From contig NW_021833877.1 of the NCBI RefSeq assembly GCF_006345805.1, positions 1 to 64,000 of the forward strand: DNA of 64,000 nucleotides, read 5' to 3'. Origin of the DNA: Octopus sinensis (taxonomy: Eukaryota). Shown here one piece after another: positions 40,971-54,800 of the stretch. Under the pieces are notes generated by a model, which made no database searches, was not told where the DNA came from, and saw only the letters and a program-made list of their open reading frames with translations. Numbering within the stretch: the stretch's first letter is position 1; the number at the start of each line of letters is the position of its first letter. The position numbers and the translations under genes were made by a program.

Positions 40971-41267
40971 GTCTGGTTCCAGAACAGAAGAGCGAAATAT
41001 CGCAAACAAGAAAAACAGCTAGCGAAATCTTTGTCGCCTGTCATTCCAGCCTGTAACGGCATGATGCGGAATATATACCCAACCTCAACTCGAACCTACG
41101 CCTACCCAACACCATCCAGTGTTAACACAATGACACGTTACCCTCAGATGAACACTGCTTACCCCCCTGTCGCTCAGTTTTCACCCATGAGCAGTATGCA
41201 AACCACCAATATGACAACAGTCCCAAGACAAGTTCAACAGTTCCCTATGACATCCGACTATAACCTG
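40971..41267 (+). CDS. Prop1: Prop-family exon: recognition helix (Q50) plus Pro/Ser/Thr/Met-rich region
   Basis: Acceptor ccaacAG (40969-70). Phase-0 start VWFQNRRAKYRKQEKQLAKSLSPVIP completes the homeodomain split at 16189. Open for 99 codons to ...TSDYNL, then donor GTAACT at 41268. Confidence 0.95.
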
Positions 41268-41289
41268 GTAACTATTCACCTCTTCTCTA

Positions 41290-41850
41290 CACACTTGTGT
41301 ATGTATGCGTATACATGTGTATGTGTATATATGTGTATGTTTATGTATGTATGTGTATGGATTTTGGAGTGGTGTGTATGTGTATGTATGTGTGTGTGTG
41401 TATATGTGTATGTTTATGTATGTATATGTATATGTACGTGTATATGTGTGTATGGATGTTGGAGTGTGTGTATGTGTGTGTGTGTGTAACTATGTGTATG
41501 TATATGTATGTGTATATGTGTGTATGGATGCTGGAGTGTGTGTATGTATGTGTATGTATATGTATGTGTGTATGTGTGTATGGATATTGGAGTGTGTGTA
41601 TGTATGTGTATATATGTGTACGTTTATGTATGTATATGTCTGTGTATATGTGTGTATGGATGCTGGAGTGTGTGTATGTGTATGTGTGTATATATATAGG
41701 GTATGTTTATGTATGTGTATGTATATGTATGTGTATGTGTGTGTATGGATTTTGGAGTGTGTGTGTGTATGTATGTGTGTGTATATATATGTGTATGTTT
41801 ATATATGTGTATGTATATGTATGTGTATATGTGTGTATGGATGCTGGAGT
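41290..41850 (+). repeat. TG-rich minisatellite with recurring gtatggat(g/t/a)(c/t)tggagtg anchor
   Basis: The anchor recurs seven times between (GT/AT)n runs, starting just after the 41268 donor. Confidence 0.88.
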
Positions 41851-42334
41851 GCGTGTATGGTTGTATGATCGGTGCATAGACACATTTGATGATTTTTTTT
41901 TCTTTTAGTTGTTATACACATTGGACTGCGGCCATGCTGCAGCACCGTCTAAAACGGTTTAGTGAAAGAAATCAACCGCAGTGCTTTTGTTTAAGTCTAT
42001 CACTTATTCCATTGGTCTCTTTTGCTGAACTGCTAAGTTTTGGGGACGTAAACAAAGCAACACTGGTATCAAACACTGGTGGGTAGGCAAACACGCACAC
42101 ACATAGGTACATATATTTGTGTATATATACATTTATACGACGGGCTTCTTTCAGTTTCCGCCTACCAAATCCATTCTGAAGACACTTGCCCAAGGTGGTG
42201 TGTGTAGAACAGAATCCAAACGTGGTTGCGAAATGAGAGCTTTTAGCGATACGACCATGCCTGTAGCCATCATTTGGTGTGCATATGTTGGTCTCTTTCT
42301 CTGCCTCTGTATGCATATATATATATATTATATA

Positions 42335-42365
<31 letters not shown>

Positions 42366-42379
42366 ATATATATAATATA

Positions 42380-42424
<45 letters not shown>

Positions 42425-42456
42425 TAGATATATGCATATATATATATATATATTGC

Positions 42457-42500
<44 letters not shown>

Positions 42501-42653
42501 ATTTGTTGAAAGGAAAGATGAATTATCTTGTTACGGATTATTCAAAAGTTTAACCGATACCTGGGTAGCAAAAATCACAGCAGAAAAAAACACGGTTGGA
42601 GATATGACCATATGGTGTTGCAACCGTGCGTTGGCGCGGATAATTGAAGTTTA

Positions 42654-43118
42654 ATATAATTAGTGAATGGAAGAAATGGAGTTGAACGAAGATTGTACAG
42701 AATTCCTTTTATTACATTCTACACATGTTTCAAAGGCCACAATTTTCCAAATTCTGATTAAATAAGGATACCATTTGCAGCTTTCTCTTCAGGAAAAACC
42801 AGGAATTACGTTGTCAGAACAAAACAAAAAAAGGCGCAGCAAAGCAATTCGAACGAGGACGCTCCTTAAGAGCCCATGGGTAAAAATCTTTTACCCATGG
42901 GCTCTTAAGGAGCGTCCTCGTTCGAATTGCTTTGCTGCGCCTTTGTTTGTGTTTGTTCTGACAACGTAATTCCTGGTTTTTCCTGAAGAGAAAGCTGCAA
43001 TATGGTATCCTTATTTAATCAAATTTGGAAAAGTGTGGCCTTTGAAACATGTGTAGAAGGTAATAAAAGGAATTCTGTACAATCTTCGTTCAACTCCATT
43101 TCTTCCATTCCTAATTAT

Positions 43119-43120
<2 letters not shown>
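42654..43120. repeat. ~465-bp near-perfect palindrome with a 3-nt loop, in intron 3
   Basis: Centre ...gagcccatgggtaaaa ATC ttttacccatgggctc... (loop 42886-88). The arms stay complementary out to atataattag(t)gaatgg / ccattcctaattatat, with a few substitutions and indels. Confidence 0.95.
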
Positions 43121-43167
<47 letters not shown>

Positions 43168-43316
43168 TACGTACATACATATACATGCATACATATACAG
43201 ATATTAATACATACATATAAATACATACTATAGAATACGTATATATACATATATATATATATATATACGATACATTATTTATACACATACACACACACAC
43301 ATATATATTATATATG

Positions 43317-43365
<49 letters not shown>

Positions 43366-43405
43366 TATGTATAATATGTATATATAATATATATGTATAT
43401 ATATG

Positions 43406-43480
<75 letters not shown>

Positions 43481-44658
43481 GTGTGTATTCGTCTGTATAT
43501 GATAGCAATGATAGTAAGTTTGTATGTATGTATGTGTGTGTACTGTGAGTGTGTGTTGTATATGCGTATACTAATTTTGAATCTCACATATCCGCCATTT
43601 AATGAGCATTTAATTGTTATCGAATGGATTCCTGTATAAGAATTATGCAACTCCGTATCTGTATTGAGTGCGCACTTGTCGGCCTATATTTTCATGTACG
43701 TGTGTATGTGTGTGCACGTGAGTCTATATGTGTGATTGCGTGCGTATGCGTGCGTGTGTGTGTGTGTGCGTGGGTTCGTATATTCGTGCGTACGTGTGTG
43801 TGTATATATGTGTGTGTGCACTTCCTGTTTGTGTGTGTGTGTGTTTCAAAATGTTTGGTGCATCGTCTAAGAAATGTTTTGTAATTGATTCTTGAAATTT
43901 GTAATTGCTTTTATTAATCCAACATATTTCATGATGTTGGCAACTGGAGGGTGGGCAGGTAAATTTATATATCACAATGGTTAACGTTCTTAGTAATGAG
44001 ACAAATTCAGTCCATTCTAATGTTTAATATATTTGGAAACGTAACACTGCATCATAAGAATTACGCAAGAATTAAACTTCAATATTTTCCCTCTCTACAT
44101 TCTTTGAATGTTTGTATTTTCATATCTTGGAAATTATTCTTTCAGCTCTTTATTATTTCATTCAATTACTTAATTTTTTTTTTCTTCTTCTTCTTCTTCT
44201 TCTTCTTCTTCTTCTTCTTCTGCTTCTTCTTGCTCTCTTTTTCTTCTTATCTTCTTCTTCTTCTTCTTCTTTTTCTTCTTCTTCTTCTTCTTCTTCTTCT
44301 TCTTTCTTATTCTTCTTTATTTTCTTTCTCTTCTTCTTTCTTCTTTTTCTTTCTTTCTTCTTCCTTCTTTCTTCTTCTCTTCTTCTTCTTCTCTTCTTCT
44401 TCTTCTTCTTCTTCTTCTCTCCCTTCTCTTCTTCTCTCTTCTTATTCCTTCTTTCTTCTCTTTCTTTTTATTCTCTTATTCAATTCTTCTTCTTTCTTCT
44501 TTTTCTTCACTTTTTTTAGGCAAACTTCCATAATCGAACACCAGGATCGTTCTAATCGACATCACTTCTTAAATTGCACTGTGTTATTAATTAATATTAT
44601 TCTTCTTATTGTTTTGTTTAATTCTCTTCTTCTTCTCTATTTATCTCTTCTTATATTA

Positions 44659-44701
<43 letters not shown>

Positions 44702-44807
44702 GCTGTTGTTATTATTATTGTTATTGTTATTACTATTATGATTATTAATATTATAAAATTTTCTCACTTCATTTCGTTTCGCTTCATTTTAGTACGTTTC
44801 GTTTCAG

Positions 44808-44909
44808 GAGAATCACGAAGATGATTGGTACAACAAAAGTCTGACTGCACTGCGCATGAACAACACGCACCCGAGTTTGTCGAACCCAGTACTCCAATAC
44901 CAAGCCTAG
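44808..44909 (+). CDS. Prop1: Prop-family terminal coding exon ENHEDDWYNKSLTALRMNNTHPSLSNPVLQYQA*
   Basis: Pyrimidine tract ending tttcgtttcAG (44806-07), phase 0 matching the upstream donor. Non-repetitive, protein-like sequence embedded in repeats, with TAG at 44907-09. Total CDS is 687 nt, divisible by 3. Confidence 0.8.
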   Translation, partial: ENHEDDWYNKSLTALRMNNTHPSLSNPVLQYQA

Positions 44910-45224
44910 AAACACACGCACACATTCTCACACAGGCACAAACACATATAAATACGCACCTGCACACATATGTACAATCGCTTCTCTCTCTCTTCTCTCC
45001 CTTCCCTTCTCTTTCTCTCTGTTTTCCCATCTCAAGTTTCACGTCTTCTCTTCATCTGTAACATCAAACACAGCCAGTGTAATGTTTTCCTTCGCTAAAT
45101 ACGTTTCAATCATTTTTTTCTTTCTGACACGTTTTTTTATGTCATGTGGTCTTGGATTGCATCATGGGTAAAAACTGAAAGAGAGACCAAACTGCAGGAA
45201 CAAAACAAAATGTATAAATAGATA

Positions 45225-45230
45225 AATAAA
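45225..45230 (+). promoter_or_regulatory. Possible polyadenylation signal AATAAA
   Basis: AATAAA about 315 nt after the stop codon. The context is AT-rich, so a chance match is likely. Confidence 0.25.
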
Positions 45231-45248
45231 TAAATGACAAAATAACAA

Positions 45249-45439
45249 TTGGAATGGAATGTCCTGTAGGGCTTCTTCAGAAGGTCTGCCTCTTAGGGAC
45301 AGGAAAGGTTATCGGGAGGATCTTAAGCACCTGAAAAATAATTGAAGGTATTTATGGATACCTAAGGTTTCATGTAGTCACCAGGTACCCACAAAAATAA
45401 GAACGAAGAACAGGAATAAGAACGAGCCTGGGTAAAATC

Positions 45440-45470
<31 letters not shown>
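45249..45470 (+). mobile_element. R4/Dong-like LINE 3' end with (AAT)n tail
   Basis: IGMECPVGLLQKVCLLGTGKVIGRILST*, then a short UTR and an (aat)n tail. Confidence 0.7.
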
Positions 45471-45474
<4 letters not shown>

Positions 45475-46145
45475 CGATGATGATAACGATGATGATGAGG
45501 AGGAGGATGGGGGTATCACTTGATAATAATGATTTTTAACAATTTATAACAACAATGACAACGACGGTAGTAGTAGTAGTAGTAGTAGTAGTAGTAATAA
45601 TAATAATAATAATAACAACAACAACAACAATAACAACAATAATAATAATAAATAATAATAAAATAACAATAGTAATAATAATAAATAATAATAATAACAA
45701 TAATGATAAATAATAATAATAAAAATGAAAATAATAATAATGATAAATAATAATAATGATGATAATGATAATAATTTTATTAATAACAATAGTAAACCCT
45801 AATGAAGCAATTAATAGTTATATGAGATTAATAGCAATAATAGCATAACTATAATCACTTAAAATAATAACGGAAGAATGCCGTAGACTATTAAAATGAT
45901 GACGACGATGACGACGACGGCGACGATGACGATGACGACAGCCACGATGACGATGACGACGACGACGACGATGACGGCGGCGATAATTGTGATGATGATG
46001 AAGATGATGATATTGCTCATTAGCATGGTGGAAAATTTGAAGGGATGTATATTAATTGTCACTGATATTTGGGTGATACCTAAGAATGAAAGATGTTATA
46101 ACAACAACAACGACATCAAGAGCAACAAGAACACTACTGCTACTA

Positions 46146-46238
<93 letters not shown>

Positions 46239-46254
46239 TAATAATAATAAAAGG

Positions 46255-46433
46255 AAACTTTAAAACTTCTTAAGGCAAATGGAAATCCCATGCAAGATTG
46301 ATGTCTTGCAAAAAGCAGCCATATTGGGCACAGCGCACGTCTTAAGGAAAGTATTATTTGTCTGAGGACCTTGTTGTGACTTGACAGATGACTAAAGACT
46401 CTGGTGCATTTTTACCTACACTGTGTTACGAAG

Positions 46434-46500
<67 letters not shown>
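46255..46500 (+). mobile_element. R4/Dong-like LINE 3' end embedded in (AAT)n
   Basis: MEIPCKIDVLQKAAILGTAHVLRKVLFV*, with (aat)n arrays on both sides. Confidence 0.75.
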
Positions 46501-47102
46501 TCCCACACAAAAAAAAGAATATGATGGAAAACGTAAAACAAAAACTCACGAACAAAAATTGGTATTACTCCCTCCCGCACATGAACTACCCGTCACCCAC
46601 CCGAAATACCCCTTTCTATAGCGGGGAAAAAGGGTAAATAAATAAAGGCTCTCTATAATGAGAGTAAGAAATATGTATGAGATTTTCAGGAAATTGTTTA
46701 AATATGGAGGACACAAACGCTGACACCAGCGCAAACGCGAATACATACACACACCTAGAGATGTATACAGAAAAATTCTATTGCAGAGAAAATGTGGATA
46801 GGGAGATATACTACGTGAAAGTATGGGTTAACAAATTTAAGGAAACTGAGATAATGCCAAATTTGATATCTAGTCTAGCGAGTGGGACAACATTTCTTGG
46901 GTCTTACATGACTCTAGACTGATAAAGTGACCAAGAGTATCATAATGATGACGATGGTGGTCATGAAGATGATTATGTTGATGACGATGACGATGAAAAT
47001 GTTGACGATGATGACGATGATGATGGTGGTAATAGGGATGAAAAATATGGATAAATTTTATAAATTCTACCTTGCCATCGCAGGCTATGTTATATATATA
47101 TA

Positions 47103-47137
<35 letters not shown>

Positions 47138-47350
47138 GATATATATATATATATATATACATATATATATACATATATGGACATATATATATATGGGTTG
47201 TGTGTGTGTGTGCGTGTATATATGTAGTGTGTAATGTATATAATGTATATATATATACACACATATAAACGTATAAAAATTCATACGTAAATATATATAT
47301 ATATATATATATGTATATATTATACATACATATATATATTTATATATATA

Positions 47351-47394
<44 letters not shown>

Positions 47395-47497
47395 GTATAT
47401 ATATACATATATATACATTAATATATATATAAATATCATATATATATATTATATATATATATATAAATGTATATATATATATATATATAGATATATA

Positions 47498-47585
<88 letters not shown>

Positions 47586-48846
47586 GCTTGTATGTGTTTT
47601 TTTGAACGGAAAACTGAGTAATAGTGATAAGAGGGAAATAGGAAAGACATATGCACAAAAGCCGTTCAGAGTTTATTTATTCGCGGATTGGAAGGTGAAA
47701 CTCAAGTGACAGCGATATCTCTTGAGTTTCCTACGATGAAGGTTTGACATTGAATGAATGTATTTACGTGCGGGCGAGCTTGAATGAATGAGCGAGTGCG
47801 CGTATGCGCGCTTTTGGCTATGTACCTGGCCGTGTGTTTGTGTGCATCTGCGCATGTGTGCGTATGTGTGTGTGTGCATGTGTGTGGACATACGTGTGTG
47901 TGCTCTTTCCGTCTTCGAGCATCGTGTGTGTATGCGTCATATATGTGTGTTTGTGAAGGTTTATAAGTGAGGGTCAATGTATGCGTATTTGTACACGTGC
48001 ATGTGTATGTGTGTGAGTTTTATAATCGGTGTACAGAACCATCACAGCCTCCCTCTCATCCTCATCCTACCCCTAGACCTCATCGTCATCATAATCATGG
48101 TCATTGATGGTTTCCAGGGTGATGACATTTTCCAGAAACGTTACAGCAATATTCAGTTCTGAGTAACAAGTCTCATTGAATGAAAGGCAAAACCCGCACC
48201 CTCCTATTGCACCCCGTGGTTACCCCAGCGAATCTGCTCAATCTACAGTCTGTTTGTTTCAGTCATTAGACTGCGGCCATACTGGGGCATCGCCTTGAAG
48301 AATTTTAGTCTGACGAATCGGCCCCAGAGCTTTTTTTAAGCTTCTTACATATTGTATCAGCCATTTTGCCGAGCGGCTAAGCTACGGGGATGTAATCATA
48401 CCAACACCGGTTGTCAAACGATGGTGCGGGGATACACACAGATACAAATACACACACAGACATACACACACACATATATATATATGAGTGTGTGTATGTG
48501 TATATATTTATATATATATATATGAATGTATATATATGAGTGTGTATATATATGTATATATATATATACATATATATAAGCATTATATACATACATATAT
48601 GTATGTGTGCGTGTATGTCGCATGTGTGTGTAGATATATATATATATTATATATATATATATCAGGCTTCTCTCAGTTGCCGTCTATCAAATCCATTCAC
48701 AAGGCGTAGGTCGGCTCAAGGCCATGCAGTGGGACCCATATAACAAGACATTTCCAAATGTACTTTACGAGGAGACAGGTTGGATAAAAATCTCTTCGAC
48801 AGACAATGTATGTATCATCTATATATATCTATGTATATATATATAT

Positions 48847-49074
48847 CTTTATTGCCCACAAAGGGCTAAACATAGAGGGGTCAAACAAGGACAGACATAG
48901 GGATTAAGTCGATTACATCGACCCCAGTGCGAAACTGATACTTTATTTATTGACCTCGAAAGGATGAAAGGCAAAGTCTACCTCGGCTGAATTTGAACTC
49001 AGAACGTAACGGGAGACGAAATACCGCTAAACATTTCGCCCGGCGCGCTAACGTGTCTGCCAGCTCGCCGCCTT
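48847..49074 (-). mobile_element. Full-length dominant SINE in a TA microsatellite
   Basis: Complete head, core and tail on the minus strand, flanked by (TA)n. Confidence 0.88.
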
Positions 49075-49443
49075 AATATATGTATATATATATATATGTG
49101 TGTGTGTATGTGTGTGTGTGTATGTATGACTGTATGTATGTATGTATGTATGTATGTATGTATGTATGTATGTATGTATGTATGTATGTATGTACGTATG
49201 CATGTATAAGATCTGAGAAGGCTAAAGTGTGCTGTATGTCAGAGCAAAAGGCCCTTTAATGGGGATTTATCATTTTCATGGCTTCATATGGTATATTAAC
49301 CAGATTTCTTAAGGGTAGGATGTGAAGGCATAAGCCACATATTGTGTGTGCGTGTGTGTCTGCTCACGCGTGAGTAAATTTGGACGTGCTCACACACTAA
49401 CACACACACGCACACACTTACGCACACACGCAGACAGACAGGC

Positions 49444-49517
<74 letters not shown>

Positions 49518-49530
49518 GCAGATAGATAGC

Positions 49531-49612
<82 letters not shown>

Positions 49613-50554
49613 GTATAATTAGGTTTTACGATTTTCTTTTAAGCCCCTTTCCCGTACGAATTGAAGGGAGTTGAATACCCCAACTGACCGGTCTGCATGT
49701 CTATAAGTGTGTGTGTTTGTGTGTGTATGTGTGTGTGCATATATACCGATGTTGTTCACCTTTCTGCAATGAATTTAGTTGACTCATATAACTGTACTAT
49801 ATGCATAAGGACCGAAGGAAAAGTTAACAATGAAGGACTAGGGGCCGTGCCCATGAGAGTTTTCGTCTCTCTTCCTGTAGCAAATAAACACAGGTTAAGG
49901 ACTCATAAGGCCGGAACTAAACCGGGTTCCACGTCGTTTAAGTGACTGAGACAACAACACTTACTTCCTGGACGTGACGACAGTCCATCGCAAAGTAACT
50001 TCTCAGCTCTTGCTAGGACCCATTTACAGCGGGATGAACTGTAACGATGTGAAATGAAATGCTTTGCACCAAAACACAACGCACCGCCCGGTCTGGGAAT
50101 TGAAACCACAATTTTACAATCGTGAGTGCAATAGCCTAACAACTCGACCACGCGGCTGCCTAACTTGCAGAGAGCAAAGTTTGGAAATAACGAAAAATAC
50201 CAGTAAAACCGACAGTATAAGACAGAGGGTTATCCTCCATAAAGAACAAAATAACGTCACAAATATATAGTAGCGGAAATAACTTTGAGTTTATGTGGTG
50301 GTGTCCTAATAAGTCTCACTGAGGTGGCTTGTGCACTTCTTTCTCTGGGACGAGTAGATTGTAGTACAGTTGTGCTACGAGTATCTGGGATCGGTTCTAC
50401 CACGTTCCTTGCAGTAAACTATATTTGTTTCCTCGACCTAATAACCCTTTAATCACAAAATATAATCTTCATCATCATCATCATCATAAACGACCTTACC
50501 ATCAAGTCAATAAACAAATCAACATAATTAATCACAATAACAAGAAAAGTACAT

Positions 50555-50614
<60 letters not shown>

Positions 50615-50667
50615 CACTACTAAATAATAATAATCATAACATTAATAATAATAATAGTAATAATGAT

Positions 50668-50700
<33 letters not shown>

Positions 50701-50701
50701 A

Positions 50702-50764
<63 letters not shown>

Positions 50765-50958
50765 TAATAATAATAATAATAAAATCAACAACAACAATAA
50801 TAATAATGGTTTGAAATTTTAAAATCAGAACGTACTGCATCTGTAGAAATACAACTGGACATTTCGACATTTTGTTCGACGCTCTAACGATTCTGCCAAT
50901 CTACAGCGAGATCTGTGGAAATTCCTCTCTTTCATATATATATATATATATATATAAC

Positions 50959-51082
50959 AGAATTTTTTGCGTCATGAGATAAAAAATCAAGGCTGGTAGA
51001 TAGAACATTCATAGACCTTCTATCTATAATGTTCTAATATCTACACAGCCTTGGTTTTTTATCTCATGACGCAAAAAATTCT
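50959..51082. mobile_element. ~125-bp palindromic MITE flanked by TA runs
   Basis: agaattttttgcgtcatgagataaaaaatcaaggctggtagatagaacatt pairs with aatgttctaatatctacacagccttggttttttatctcatgacgcaaaaaattct. Confidence 0.85.
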
Positions 51083-51218
51083 TATATACACACGTTGCAT
51101 AGAACTAAAGATGAACCCCTTATTCGCAAAATTACCGAACCTGGAACTTAACTATGGTCTGTCTATAGCACTTATTCAGCATTACCTGACACTTTGGGTC
51201 TCAATGACACCATTACCT

Positions 51219-51284
<66 letters not shown>

Positions 51285-51424
51285 GGTGTTTAAGATATAT
51301 TTCGACTTTGAAGTTTGTTTTCCTTAGTTTAGGTTGTTTTAAAGCGTTAAAGTACGAAAGCACGAACATCCCGGCATTTGAATGAATATCGAAGGTAATA
51401 ATATTGTAGGCATATAGAATTAAT

Positions 51425-51428
51425 GTAG

Positions 51429-51473
<45 letters not shown>

Positions 51474-51476
51474 GTA

Positions 51477-51512
<36 letters not shown>

Positions 51513-51628
51513 GTAATAGTAATAATACTAATACTAATACTAATAATAATAATAATAATAATTATAATAATAATAATAATAATTATAATAATAATAATAA
51601 GAAGAAGAAGAAGAAGAATAACAATAAC

Positions 51629-51666
<38 letters not shown>

Positions 51667-51783
51667 TAACAATAACAATAATAATAATAAAAATAAAAAT
51701 AATAATAATAATATTAATAATAGTAATAATAATAACAATAACAATAATAATAATAATAATAATAATAACAATAACAATAACAA

Positions 51784-51814
<31 letters not shown>

Positions 51815-52205
51815 AATAGTAATAATAATAACAATAACAATAAAAATAATAATAATAATAATAATAACAATAACAATAACAACAATAATAATAATAATAA
51901 TAATAATAATAGTAATAATAATAATAATAATAATAATTATAATAATAATTATAATAATAATAATTATAATAATAATAATAATAATAATAACAACAACAAC
52001 AACAACAATAATAATAATAATAATAATAATAACAATAACAATAATAATAATAATAGTAATAACAATAACAATAATAATAATAATAATAACAATAACAATA
52101 ATAATAATAATAAAAATAATAATAATAATAATAACAATAATAATAACAATAATAATAATAATAATAATAATAACAATAACAATAATAATAATAATAATAA
52201 TAATA

Positions 52206-52248
<43 letters not shown>

Positions 52249-52280
52249 TAACAATAACAATAACAATAATAATAATAATA

Positions 52281-52320
<40 letters not shown>

Positions 52321-52324
52321 TAAC

Positions 52325-52356
<32 letters not shown>

Positions 52357-52462
52357 TAACAATAACAATAATGATAATAATAATAATAGTAATAATAATG
52401 ATAATAATAATAATAATAATGATAATAATAATAATAATGATAATAATAATGATAATAATAAT
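51425..52462. repeat. ~1-kb (AAT/AAC/AGT)n trinucleotide array
   Basis: Directly visible. It is the source of the poly-L and poly-Y/C pseudo-ORFs. Confidence 0.97.
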
Positions 52463-53768
52463 TTCTTCTATTGGTCACTTGGGGCCAAGACATGGAGAAT
52501 TTTATCAAAGGACGAGATACAGCACACATATGTATTGGGGTTTACATCGATCATGGGGAGACACAGCAGCATTAAAGGATATATAAATAAAAATTACAAA
52601 AATTGGTGCCCCAGCATGGCCGCGGCCTTCGAGCTAAAACATTTTAAAGAATTTTAAGGATTTAATTAATAAATGGAATCCCTAATAGTAGAGGGAGTCT
52701 AATTTAAGGTAATTCGGAGTAAACCCTCACAAAAAGTCCCGGAATACTCAACCATCCCCTAAGCATGGGAAGTGCGATCTTCTAGTTTCTTTCATCCTAT
52801 TTAGGAATGTACATAATGGCGAGTGTTTGATGAAAAAGCGAAGAGCAGTTTTTTTTCCCTCTCCCTTTCTTTCTGTATATCTTTCTCTCTCCCTCTTTCA
52901 CTCTGCATTTTTTTCATTTCCTTCAAAATGATCAACTGTAACTAACAAAAAAATGGAACAAACGAACGAATGAACGAACTTATTGAGAAGGAAAACGAAG
53001 AATGTGAAGTGTGTGACTAATCAATATGAAGAAGTGAAAATTATGACTAAAAAAATTTACGAAACAACATCCTCTCTCTCTGTCTCTCTTTCTCTTCTTT
53101 TATCCTTCTCTCTGTCTCTCCCTCTTTCACTCCCATATACACGAACAAACTATATTTATGGAACATTGTGTCAAGAATATGAAAACAAAGACAAAAAGAT
53201 ATGAAATGAATAAACGTAAAAAAATATATATACAAAAAAAATACATAATAATAATGAATAATGAAAAGAAATTGTCGACAAGTTTATTATGAACAAACCA
53301 TATAAGGAAACAAACTATTTTAACAAAATGGCGACAAACTTCCAAATATAAAAAAAAAGAAAATTTTAAAAATATGATCATAATAATAATAATGATAATA
53401 TTGATAATGAATAAACGAGGAAATATAAAAAAAAATATAATAATGAATAAATAATAATAATAATAAAGGTTTACGGACAGAAATTTTGAAACAAAAAAAG
53501 GAAAAACAAAGAACTGAAGTACCTACAAACAAACAAAAAATAAAATGTTGGCAAGACTTAGAAGAAAAAAAAAAGAAAACTACATCTATATATCATACCA
53601 TTTTTTTTTTGTTTTTTTTCTAATTTTTTTTTTTTGACGAACATTGGTCAAACTGATATACACAGCTCTGTGAATTTATTCATCATTTTCTTGTTTTTCT
53701 TCGATTTCTCTTCTCTCTCTCTCTCTCTCTTTCTCTTTCCTTCTCTCTCTCTCTCTCTCTTTCTCTTT

Positions 53769-53807
<39 letters not shown>

Positions 53808-53904
53808 ATGACACCAGTTTGTCAAGAACATTGTCAACATAAAGAAGCATCATGCACAATTTCCGTAGTAATTAAAATTGATTATAAATATCTTTTGTTT
53901 GTTG

Positions 53905-53952
<48 letters not shown>

Positions 53953-54214
53953 TATTATTATTATTATCATTGTTGTTGTTGTTGTTATCTTTATTACTAT
54001 CGAAGGGTGTGAATGAGCAGAATCGTTAGCACACCGGATAAAATAGTTATCGGCATTTCTTCCGGTTTTACCTTTACATTCAAAGTTCAAACTCTGCTGA
54101 GATCGATTTTGCCTTTCATCCTTTCGGGGTCGATAAAAGAAGTACCAGTCAAGCACTAACCCTCTCCTCTAAACCTCCAGGCCTTGTGCCTATGGTAGAA
54201 AGGTTTATTATCAT

Positions 54215-54231
54215 CATCATCATCATCATCA

Positions 54232-54269
<38 letters not shown>

Positions 54270-54800
54270 GAGTGAGAGAGCAGTGCATGCCATCAAAGTC
54301 ACACTGGGGTACAAATATTTGAAGCCCTGTATACTCATCATGACTCCCCGTCTGATAAGGGTACACTAGGCACATGCATCACAACCTTATGTGCGCGACA
54401 TGGTGATCTCATATCGAGACAAACAGCGCATAACCTTGCAGGTGGGGCCCAGTTAGAATTTTCTTCAGGTCGAGTAACCCAAAACACTCAAAAAGTCCCT
54501 GAATAAGGTTTGTTTAAGGATGTTGAACGAAACACCCATGTTTCCAGAGGTGAATTATCCAATCCTCTAATAATTCCTTTCAACACATGGCTATGATGCT
54601 CCCCCACTACTTCTGCTCGTGATCAGAGATGCACATATCGTCAGCCACTAAGGGACATGCTCAACTGATTAAGGTCAAACAACTAACAAGCAAATCTGTG
54701 GTATTGAGCAGAATATTTGCTGTAGCCCATGTTTTATACCAAGGCCAAACAATGTACATGATAACACTTCCAATCAGTTAAGATCAGAATCCATGAGATC
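54215..54800 (-). mobile_element. Non-LTR retroelement 3' fragment with (AAT/GAT)n tail
   Basis: The (att)n/(atc)n tail lies on the left, next to a non-repetitive body that I recall as an octopus interspersed repeat. Family not determined. Confidence 0.45.

Noticed and set aside
41268-41489. ORF read-through past the exon 3 donor
   Set aside because: It runs straight into the TG minisatellite, and a good GT donor and a compatible downstream exon exist.
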